Below, one piece after another: positions 18,630 to 26,748 of a stretch of 32,000 nt of DNA. The notes beneath the pieces were generated by a model, which did no database searches, was not told the DNA's origin, and saw only the letters and a program-made list of their open reading frames with translations. The stretch comes from Fastidiosibacter lacustris. Its GTDB lineage: Bacteria; Pseudomonadota; Gammaproteobacteria; Francisellales; Francisellaceae. Position 1 is the stretch's first letter, and every line of letters begins with the position of its first letter. The stretch covers positions 30,001 through 62,000 of the forward strand of contig NZ_QLIR01000010.1 in the NCBI RefSeq assembly GCF_003428155.1. The letters run 5' to 3'. The position numbers were made by a program, and so were the translations under genes.

Positions 18630-19244
18630 ATGGGTTACAGACTTTCAAAAATCTATACCAAAACAGGTGACAAAGGAAAAACCGCTTTATCAGATAATAA
18701 GCGGATTGATAAATGTACACCTATTATTGAAGTAATTGGTCAACTAGATGAACTAAATGCCGCTATTGGTGTTGTGGTATCCTTCTCTCATCACAACGAT
18801 ATCAATATACAATTACAAAACATTCAACATCAGCTTTTTAATATTGGTGGTGAGTTATCACATCCTCAATTTAGCCAATTAGCGGCTGAGAATATAACAA
18901 TACTTGAACACTACATAGATAACTTTAACAGCCATCTCACACCACTTAAAGAGTTTATCCTACCAGGTGGCTCTAAGGCTTCTGCACTTTGTCATCAAGC
19001 ACGAACTATTGCCAGAAGAGTAGAGCGTTGTTATGTTGCACTTAGTAGAAATGAACCTAAATTTACAAATCCATTGATTTTACAATTTTTAAACCGCCTA
19101 TCGGATTATTTATTTGTACTTGCACGTTTTCTTAACCTTAAGGATAATCACAACGAAATACTATGGCAAAGTCATAGAAGTCAACCACAAGTAGATAATG
19201 AAATTATGTTAATTCCACAATCAAACGTCAAAAAGGACAAATAA
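18630..19244 (+). CDS. ATP:cob(I)alamin adenosyltransferase, PduO/MMAB type
   Basis: 204 aa. Has the N-terminal KIYTKTGDKGKT motif and the ARTIARRVER helix. Confidence 0.85.
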   Translation: MGYRLSKIYTKTGDKGKTALSDNKRIDKCTPIIEVIGQLDELNAAIGVVVSFSHHNDINIQLQNIQHQLFNIGGELSHPQFSQLAAENITILEHYIDNFNSHLTPLKEFILPGGSKASALCHQARTIARRVERCYVALSRNEPKFTNPLILQFLNRLSDYLFVLARFLNLKDNHNEILWQSHRSQPQVDNEIMLIPQSNVKKDK

Positions 19245-20617
19245 TGAAAATCATTATTTTAGGTGCAGGACAAGTCGGAAGCTCTCTAGCAAAAAACTTA
19301 CAAAAAGATCACAATATCAGTGTGGTTGATGATAGACCTGAGCGCTTACGCCACATCCAAAACCATTTTGATGTTAAAACCGTATGCGGCTCTGCCTCTC
19401 ATCCTAACGTCCTTGAAGAGGCAGGTGCTAATGATGCAGATATGATTATTGCTGTCACCAATAATGATGAAGTTAATATTGTAGCTTGCCAAATTGCATA
19501 TAGCTTATTTAAAATTCCAACGAAAATCGCACGTCTTCGCAATAAAAACTATGCACGTTATCCGCAAATTTTCAATAATGATAATATTCCTATAGATATG
19601 ATCATCAATCCTTCTGAGCTCGTTACTCAACGCTTAGTACGTTTAGTGGAACACCCTGGAAGCTTCCAGATCGTTGACTTTGCCAATGGGCGCATACAAC
19701 TTGCAGGTAGTGAAATCTCTGAAGACTCCCCTTTGCATGGTATGAGTATTAAAGAATTTCGTCAAGAACTGCCAGATATTGACGCACGTATTGTTGCCAT
19801 TTATCGCAAAAAACAGAATATTCTCATTTCAGCTGATACTATATTACAGAAGTATGATGACGTTTTCTTCATTGCTGAACGTATTAACATTCCTGCAATT
19901 TTGCGTGAGTTTCAACCACACCAAACTGCCTGCCGCAAGCTGTTTATTGCAGGAGGTGGAAACATTGGTATGGGACTTGCAAAAAAACTAGAAAATGATT
20001 ATTTAGTTAAAATTATTGAAAACAATTATGAAAAATGCCATCTTGCTGCCGAGACTTTAAATAATACAACCGTTTTAGCAGGAGATGCTTCTGACGCTGA
20101 ACTTTTAAATGCCGAAAGCATTGATGATACTGACTTGTTTTGTGCTGTTACCAATGATGATGAAGCAAATATTATGTCTGCAATGTTGGCAAAAAAAATG
20201 GGAGCTAAAAGCACAATTGCATTAGTCAATAGCCTAAGTTATGCTGAATTGGTTGATGAAACACAGACGATTGATCGAGCCATCTCGCCCCAGCGCATCA
20301 CTATTGGTGTTATTCAAACTTATTTGCGTAAAGGAGACATGCTCAATATTTACTCACTTTATGGCGGTCAAGCTGAAGCAATGGAAATCGTTGTTCATGG
20401 TACAGTAGATAGCTCACCAATTGTTGGCAAAGCTATTAATGAACTGAACTTACCAAAGTCGATTATTATTGGTGGAATTGTGCGTGAGGATAATATCCTG
20501 ATTGCCCATGACCATTATGTAATCAAATCAGGTGATCATGTGGTTGTGATCATCACAGATATGGATCATATCCGCACTATTGAAAAACTCTTTCAGGTGT
20601 TACCTGTTTTTCTATAA
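19244..20617 (+). CDS. trkA: Trk potassium-uptake NAD-binding subunit TrkA
   Basis: 457 aa with a duplicated RCK architecture. Two Rossmann motifs are present, MKIIILGAGQVGSSLA and LFIAGGGNIGMGLA. The start overlaps the upstream stop (ATAATG). Confidence 0.9.
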   Translation: MKIIILGAGQVGSSLAKNLQKDHNISVVDDRPERLRHIQNHFDVKTVCGSASHPNVLEEAGANDADMIIAVTNNDEVNIVACQIAYSLFKIPTKIARLRNKNYARYPQIFNNDNIPIDMIINPSELVTQRLVRLVEHPGSFQIVDFANGRIQLAGSEISEDSPLHGMSIKEFRQELPDIDARIVAIYRKKQNILISADTILQKYDDVFFIAERINIPAILREFQPHQTACRKLFIAGGGNIGMGLAKKLENDYLVKIIENNYEKCHLAAETLNNTTVLAGDASDAELLNAESIDDTDLFCAVTNDDEANIMSAMLAKKMGAKSTIALVNSLSYAELVDETQTIDRAISPQRITIGVIQTYLRKGDMLNIYSLYGGQAEAMEIVVHGTVDSSPIVGKAINELNLPKSIIIGGIVREDNILIAHDHYVIKSGDHVVVIITDMDHIRTIEKLFQVLPVFL

Positions 20618-20801
20618 GTGCCATTAATCATTTTAACCATTAGGTATAAGCAAGCTTCCAATAATAGAGCATTCCAAAATGGAAAGTTAATAGACTTTCT
20701 TCTGCTTTTTTTATATGATGTGCACTAGATTATTTTATGAACGTTTATGTCTTTATAGCTTAAACTTCAAGCAACCAAAATTGAAAGAAAAATAGATTCT
20801 T

Positions 20802-22706
20802 ATGATGTTTTATCCACACACTTTTGATGTCATCGTCGTTGGTGGCGGACATGCAGGAACGGAAGCTGCTGCTGCTGCTGCTCGTATGGGAGCAACTACT
20901 TTATTGCTAACGCATAATATTGAAACACTAGGGCAAATGTCCTGTAATCCTGCAATTGGGGGCATTGGGAAAGGACATCTTGTCAAAGAAATCGATGCTT
21001 TAGGCGGTATCATGGCTAAAGCAATTGACAAATCTGGTATTCAATTTCGTACCTTAAATGCCCGTAAAGGTCCTGCTGTGCGTGCAACACGTGCTCAAGC
21101 TGATAGAACACTTTATAAGTTAGCCATACGCAACATCCTTGAAAATCAAAAAAACCTATCCATTTTCCAACAACCTGTTGATGACCTAATCATAGAAAAT
21201 GATCAAGTGACAGGTGTTGTTACCCAAATGGGATTAAGCTTTCGAGCCAAAACTGTTATTCTAACTGTTGGTACGTTTTTAGGTGGAAAGATCCATATTG
21301 GATTTAATAATTACCAAGGTGGACGCGCTGGTGACCAACCAGCTAACGCATTAGCACAAAAATTGCGTGCTTTAACGTTTAATGTTGCGCGTCTTAAAAC
21401 AGGCACCCCTCCTAGAATTGATAAGCGCACAGTTGATTTTTCTGTTATGGCGATTCAAGCTGGAGATGATCCTATTCCATATTTTTCATTTTTTAGTAAA
21501 GGTGATGAACACCCCATACAGGTGCCTTGTCATATCACCTACACTAACCTTAAAACGCATGACATTATTCTTAAAAACCTAGATCGCTCCGCAATGTATG
21601 GTGGAATGATCGATGGGATAGGACCCCGTTATTGCCCTTCTATTGAGGATAAGGTGGTGCGCTTTGCTGATAAAGATCGACATCAAATCTTTGTTGAGCC
21701 AGAAGGCTTAGACAGTATTGAGCTCTATCCAAACGGAATGTCAACGTCGTTACCATTTGATGTGCAACTTGAGTTTATCCGAAGTATTAAAGGCTTTGAG
21801 AACGCTTATATCACGCGTCCAGGTTATGCTATTGAATATGATTTTTTTGATCCTCGTGGACTCCTACCAAGTTTGGAAACCAAACGTGTTGAAAATTTAT
21901 TTTTCGCAGGACAAATTAATGGCACAACAGGTTATGAAGAAGCTGCTGCTCAAGGCGTAATCGCAGGATTAAATGCTGCATTAAAAGTCCAAAAAAAACC
22001 AAGCTGGTCACCAAAAAGAAATGATGCCTATATAGGTGTGCTAATTGATGATTTAATAACAAAAGGGACACAAGAACCTTATCGCATGTTTACTTCACGT
22101 GCCGAGTATCGCTTGGTTTTGCGTGAGGATAATGCAGATGCACGTTTATGTCTAAAAGCCATTGAGCTTGGTTTATTAAGTGAAGAAGACAAGCGTAATT
22201 TTTTAGCCAAGTTACAAACAATTGAAGTAGAAACTGCACGCTTAAAGTCGGTATGGATTTCGCCTAAGAGTACTAAAGCAGAAAAACTAGAAGTGTTATT
22301 AGGTAAGCCAATGAGTAAAGAAAGTAATTTATTTGACTTATTAAAGCGTCCTGAACTTGACTATCAAAGTCTTACTAATATTACCGAGTTAGGTGAGTTT
22401 ATAGATCACACCCAAGCAATTGAGCAAATTGAAATTTCAGCTAAATACGCAGGCTATATTGATAGACAAAATGAAGAAATTCTAGTAATGCAAGCACTAG
22501 AAAACGCACATATTCCAAAAGATTTCGACTACCAAAAAGTTTCAAGTCTATCTAATGAAGTCAGGCAAAAGCTAGACAATCAACGCCCATCCACTTTAGG
22601 AGAAGCATCTCGTATTCAAGGTATAACGCCAGCCGCAATTTCACTGTTAACGATTTACATGAAAAAACTTGGTTTCATAAAAAAACAAGACATACCAACT
22701 ATCTAG
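20802..22706 (+). CDS. mnmG: tRNA uridine-5-carboxymethylaminomethyl synthesis enzyme MnmG (GidA)
   Basis: 634 aa. N-terminus [23 protein letters not shown] and family-wide blocks are present. The start may be the second ATG at 20805. Confidence 0.95.
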   Translation: MMFYPHTFDVIVVGGGHAGTEAAAAAARMGATTLLLTHNIETLGQMSCNPAIGGIGKGHLVKEIDALGGIMAKAIDKSGIQFRTLNARKGPAVRATRAQADRTLYKLAIRNILENQKNLSIFQQPVDDLIIENDQVTGVVTQMGLSFRAKTVILTVGTFLGGKIHIGFNNYQGGRAGDQPANALAQKLRALTFNVARLKTGTPPRIDKRTVDFSVMAIQAGDDPIPYFSFFSKGDEHPIQVPCHITYTNLKTHDIILKNLDRSAMYGGMIDGIGPRYCPSIEDKVVRFADKDRHQIFVEPEGLDSIELYPNGMSTSLPFDVQLEFIRSIKGFENAYITRPGYAIEYDFFDPRGLLPSLETKRVENLFFAGQINGTTGYEEAAAQGVIAGLNAALKVQKKPSWSPKRNDAYIGVLIDDLITKGTQEPYRMFTSRAEYRLVLREDNADARLCLKAIELGLLSEEDKRNFLAKLQTIEVETARLKSVWISPKSTKAEKLEVLLGKPMSKESNLFDLLKRPELDYQSLTNITELGEFIDHTQAIEQIEISAKYAGYIDRQNEEILVMQALENAHIPKDFDYQKVSSLSNEVRQKLDNQRPSTLGEASRIQGITPAAISLLTIYMKKLGFIKKQDIPTI

Positions 22707-22715
22707 GGAGAAACA

Positions 22716-23135
22716 ATGATCTGGCAAAACATAAAACTCAGTATCAAAAGTATTCTTGTTGCCAGTATGATTTTACTTATTATAGGCTGTGCTACAACTG
22801 CAAAATACAGGGCCATTTTAGATCAATGGCATGAACAGTCTATTGATGATTTTGTTCACATGTGGGGTTATCCAAATAATACACTTAAACTTGAGGATAA
22901 TAAGACAGCTTATGTCTATAGTGACAAACAAATTGTCAGTACCCCTCTTAACCAAATGCCAACAAATATTACAACTGTTCAAAATGGAAATAATACAACC
23001 ATAATTTCAACACCTGGTGCGATTATTGGAGGTCAAACCTATTCCTTATCCTGTACAACGTGGATTGTATTTGATAACAAAACAAAAAAAATTGTCAATA
23101 CAACCTTTCGAGGTAATAACTGTATTGCTTATTAA
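22716..23135 (+). CDS. Small lipoprotein of unknown function
   Basis: 139 aa. Signal peptide ends in the lipobox LIIGC. GGGAGA Shine-Dalgarno lies 5 nt upstream of the ATG. It occupies the position after mnmG where rsmG often sits. Confidence 0.6.
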   Translation: MIWQNIKLSIKSILVASMILLIIGCATTAKYRAILDQWHEQSIDDFVHMWGYPNNTLKLEDNKTAYVYSDKQIVSTPLNQMPTNITTVQNGNNTTIISTPGAIIGGQTYSLSCTTWIVFDNKTKKIVNTTFRGNNCIAY

Positions 23136-23413
23136 TTCTATCTTTAATTTTTAAATAAAATTTAAACGCTTTAATTTCATCCTAATTTTAAAGGCTACAA
23201 AATGGATTGCCAAAATAAGAAAACATCGACTTATTAATTTCATTAAAGCTAAAATATAGAATTAATTACCATTTTTTATGATAAATATGTTTTTAGCATG
23301 GAAATACTGCAACTTTTTAAATATAATCGGCTTTAAAGTGATCATTAAGCATTTATGAAATTGCTTTGTGATTTTTTGGGAGAACCATTAATAAACGGTG
23401 ATGAGAGAGAAAA

Positions 23414-24199
23414 ATGAAAGAAGACAATGTTATTTTATTAGTTAGTACAAATCAAGATGATATAATAGCGCTAGAAAATTTACTTCAACGTTATTTGTTC
23501 CAAACAATAGCATGCTCATCGGGCGCTAATGCCCTAGAAATCTTGAGCACTCACAAAAATATTAAACTTGTTATATTGGACGTCTTATTACCAGATATGT
23601 ATGGTATCGAAGTTTGCAAAAACATTCGTGAACGCAATCCTAATATGGCTATTATTTTTGTTTCAAAAATAACAGATGCTACAGAAGTTGTTTTATGCTT
23701 TGAAGCAGGAGCTGATGACTATATTGAAACTCCTTATAATCAGCATATACTTATGGCACGCATTAAATCAAAACTCCGTGACCGCAATACACATCATACA
23801 CCTTATGCAATCACTGGTTCTGTCAAAATTGATGAGCTTAACATTAATGATTATATGCAAATTCAATTTGGTAAATGGGCTTACTATCCGCGTAAATCTT
23901 TGGTAACCCATCCAGATCAAGATGAAATTTACTTAACTGATAAAGAAGGTGCTCTGCTTAAGTTATTACTTTCTGATCCAAGCAAAACTTTTATGCGCGA
24001 AGAAATTGCCAAATATTTGAACCTTAACATAAAAGAAAGCATGATACGTGATGTTAATATCCACGTTCATCGTTTACGTAATAAACTGACTCAAGGACAC
24101 AACTCAAGCTCACCGATTAAGGCTGTGCGTTCTCAAGGTTATACACTTGATTCTTATTTAACTTATATCTATGACGGCAAAGAGGTTTCCTGCTTATAA
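23414..24199 (+). CDS. OmpR/PhoB-family response regulator with an atypical receiver domain
   Basis: 261 aa. The receiver has the phospho-acceptor context KLVILDVLLPDMYG and IIFVS. However, GADDYIETPY replaces the canonical ADDY(L/I)xKPF (Thr106 in place of the conserved Lys), and the beta1 loop reads LLVSTNQDD rather than V(D/E)DD. The C-terminal winged helix is LTDKEGALLKLLL...VHRLRNKL...IKAVRSQGYTL. Confidence 0.8.
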   Translation: MKEDNVILLVSTNQDDIIALENLLQRYLFQTIACSSGANALEILSTHKNIKLVILDVLLPDMYGIEVCKNIRERNPNMAIIFVSKITDATEVVLCFEAGADDYIETPYNQHILMARIKSKLRDRNTHHTPYAITGSVKIDELNINDYMQIQFGKWAYYPRKSLVTHPDQDEIYLTDKEGALLKLLLSDPSKTFMREEIAKYLNLNIKESMIRDVNIHVHRLRNKLTQGHNSSSPIKAVRSQGYTLDSYLTYIYDGKEVSCL

Positions 24200-24549
24200 T
24201 CTTTGGTTTTTTTAATGAGGGAGCTCTGTCTTCGTGTACAGAGTAGCTTAACATATGACTGTGTTATAATTTATAGTTGTAACGTATTTGTCACATATTT
24301 TATAAAATGTACAAACTATCAAATCAGAAATGAACTTGCTGTGGAAATTGGTTATTGTAAAAAAAGTCATTTAAACAATAACGTATCTGCCGCCCTGTCC
24401 AATCCTTTACTCGCACTCAGACACGTTTTTAAGTACGCCCCTATTCAATTAAAAGCACTTGAATTTTAACGTATAGACAACCTGTTTTTATTGAGCAAGA
24501 AAACTAGAGAACGAGATAAAATAAGACTAATCCCATCGTGGTGATTCTC

Positions 24550-26748
24550 TTAAAACCCACTTTCTTTGACCCATAAAATAAGGATTTGTTGCCATAAACT
24601 TGCAGCTAAAGACTTTCTTGCAATATTAATAAAGACTTTACCTCGAATGACGTGGGACAAATTATATTGAGGTGAAGCCGTTGGCTTTAATAATAAAAGG
24701 AAAATGCTTTCCTGAGGAGTCAGTTTTCCTTCATTGTCAGGCTTTACTGCAATGCTACCACCAAAGATTGAAGCGTGATATGTGCTAAGAGGAACTGCTT
24801 TATGAATATAGCTAAGGTTAGCCTTATTTTGATTTTGTGACAGTAATAGACTTGCATGGGAGCTTATGATTTGCGTAATAATCACAGGAGTTTTAGTAAA
24901 ATCGATGTTTTCAGGTACGAAATATCCGCTTTGATTATTGGTGAGTTTATCGTATTTTTTGGTATCGATATAAGCATGAAGTTGAATTTGATCTTTATTG
25001 ACAAGCATCATTAGTGCTTGTTTGGCTTTTAGCCATGCTCCAATTTGTAAATCTTCAGATAATGACTCTACAACCCCATCGAATGGTGCATAAAAGTACA
25101 ATTTTTCCTGTTCTTTTTGTAATTGATTAAGCTCTGTTTGAGTTTGACTGATTTGAGTCATAAGAACTTGTTGTTGTTCAAGCTGAGTTTGAAAATGGAC
25201 GATATTACGTTGTTGCCACTTAAGTTGTATAAGCTTTTGTTTAGTTTGTACAATTTTAAAATTTAACTTATCAGATTCTAGAACTGCTAAAAGCTCACCT
25301 TTCTTGATTGTTTGTCCTTTTTTAACGTATATATTGACGACTTTTGCACCTATCTCAGTGTAGAGGGTTTGTGTTTGATATGACATGGTAGCAGGTAAGG
25401 AAATTTGGCTTTGCCAAGGGGTGAAAAAAATCAATATGAGTAACAATAGGATAGAAGTTAAAATAATAGTATGCTTATTAAGTTTAATTCTGCTTTTAAT
25501 GGTCCACCAAACCTTTAATTCACGATAAATAGGATGTAAGATAAAATAAATGATTTCAATTGCAAAAAGGATAATCCCTAGTGCTTTAAAAAATAGGTGA
25601 TAAACCATTAAAGCAATACCAAAAAATAGAAAAAAACGATAAATCCAATTTAGAATTGCATAAGTGATGAGGATGTGTTGCCTAGAGATATTAAAATATT
25701 CTGGCATCGGTGCATTTAGTCCAAAGAGTATTTCTCTGATTTTCCATCTTGTTAGAGCAAAACTTCTGGTTTGAAGGTTTCGCATACTCAAAATATCAGA
25801 TAGAACATGATAGCCATCAAACCTTAAAAAAGGACTGATATTGATCAAATAGGTTGTCATTAAGCTATATGTTGCAAGAAAGAAACAGATACTTTTAAGT
25901 GCGCCTTCTGGAAATAGAAGCCATGCCCACAAAGCAAAAATAGCTATATAAGTTTCTGTAATAACGCCAGCTAGTGCAATCGTAATACGTTCTTTCGGGT
26001 CGTTGACTTTCCAGCTTTCCCCTGTGTCAGTGTAAAGCATAGGGAACATAACAAGAAAGGCAACTCCCATTACAGGCACGTTAAGAGCAAATTTTTTACA
26101 CATTAAAGCATGACCTAGTTCATGGCAGCTTTTGGCAAAAATTAACGCAATGGCATAAAGTAAAATATATTCAATTGAAAATAAAGCAAAAAAAGTATTG
26201 GTAAACTGATCCCATTCGCGCAAAGTAAAGATAAGTGCAAATATTCCAAGAAATGTCATGATAAAAGCAAACGTTTTACCAAGCATAAAGCGAAAATAAG
26301 GATAGATTCTATCTAAAAACTTATTAGGTTTAACAAGTGGAACTCGAAAGAATAAATAATTTTTAACAAGCCATAAAAACCAGTTACTCTTTTTAAGAGA
26401 TTGAATTTTATTGATACTTTTTAATATGGGGTAGTTTTGCTCAATTAGGCAGTTTTGTGATAAAAACTTAAGCATTTGACTTAAATCTTCTTCAGAAATT
26501 TGTGCTAAGGATTTACTTTTTATATCTTTAATAAACTCAGCAGGTGGGACGCTTTGCCAATAGTGTAAAATTTCATGTTCTTTCCAACCTAAATGAAAAA
26601 AGCGATTATTTAATGTGTCTTGAACAATCCAAGTTGGGCTGTTATTAAAATCCATACCTCCTTTCTCTAAGGTAACTCCTAAGCGAAGGGGTGGAAGTAT
26701 TTCTGGTAGTTCTGTCATATTTTGCATTTGCATAGTGTTACCACCCAA
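24550..26748 (-). CDS. Three-part fusion protein. It has an N-terminal soluble domain, a polytopic M50 (site-2-protease-like) zinc metalloprotease core, and a C-terminal HlyD-type periplasmic adaptor domain.
   Basis: 732 aa. HELGH at 26110-26124 lies in a hydrophobic helix. The second S2P motif NISPFLRFDG is at 25813-25842. There are several hydrophobic helices up to about residue 445. Then comes a lipoyl-like hairpin (GAKVVNIYVKKGQTIKKGELLAVLESD), a Q-rich coiled coil and YAPFDGVV, as in membrane-fusion proteins. The track start is TTG 26748; the ATG at 26733 lies 4 nt after the upstream stop. Confidence 0.8.
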   Translation of the reverse strand: MGGNTMQMQNMTELPEILPPLRLGVTLEKGGMDFNNSPTWIVQDTLNNRFFHLGWKEHEILHYWQSVPPAEFIKDIKSKSLAQISEEDLSQMLKFLSQNCLIEQNYPILKSINKIQSLKKSNWFLWLVKNYLFFRVPLVKPNKFLDRIYPYFRFMLGKTFAFIMTFLGIFALIFTLREWDQFTNTFFALFSIEYILLYAIALIFAKSCHELGHALMCKKFALNVPVMGVAFLVMFPMLYTDTGESWKVNDPKERITIALAGVITETYIAIFALWAWLLFPEGALKSICFFLATYSLMTTYLINISPFLRFDGYHVLSDILSMRNLQTRSFALTRWKIREILFGLNAPMPEYFNISRQHILITYAILNWIYRFFLFFGIALMVYHLFFKALGIILFAIEIIYFILHPIYRELKVWWTIKSRIKLNKHTIILTSILLLLILIFFTPWQSQISLPATMSYQTQTLYTEIGAKVVNIYVKKGQTIKKGELLAVLESDKLNFKIVQTKQKLIQLKWQQRNIVHFQTQLEQQQVLMTQISQTQTELNQLQKEQEKLYFYAPFDGVVESLSEDLQIGAWLKAKQALMMLVNKDQIQLHAYIDTKKYDKLTNNQSGYFVPENIDFTKTPVIITQIISSHASLLLSQNQNKANLSYIHKAVPLSTYHASIFGGSIAVKPDNEGKLTPQESIFLLLLKPTASPQYNLSHVIRGKVFINIARKSLAASLWQQILILWVKESGF

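Noticed and set aside
20682-20712. GAAAGT/ACTTTC hairpin followed by a T7 run after trkA, considered as a terminator
   Set aside because: The stem is only 6 bp and AU-rich, and the T-run starts 6 nt after it. It is plausible but below my threshold for a feature call.
20810-20818. Perfect DnaA box TTATCCACA next to mnmG (gidA), a gene that classically neighbours oriC
   Set aside because: It lies inside the mnmG coding start, where it encodes the conserved F-Y-P-H. I found no further DnaA boxes and no AT-rich 13-mer repeats in the 184-nt upstream gap. A single box is not evidence of an origin.
24203-24469. 88-aa track ORF between the atypical regulator and the M50 gene, considered as a real CDS
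   Set aside because: It starts at a TTG inside a T7 run that may be part of the regulator's terminator. The first ATG has no Shine-Dalgarno, and no family motif is present. I kept it only as an open question in the findings and did not call it as a feature.
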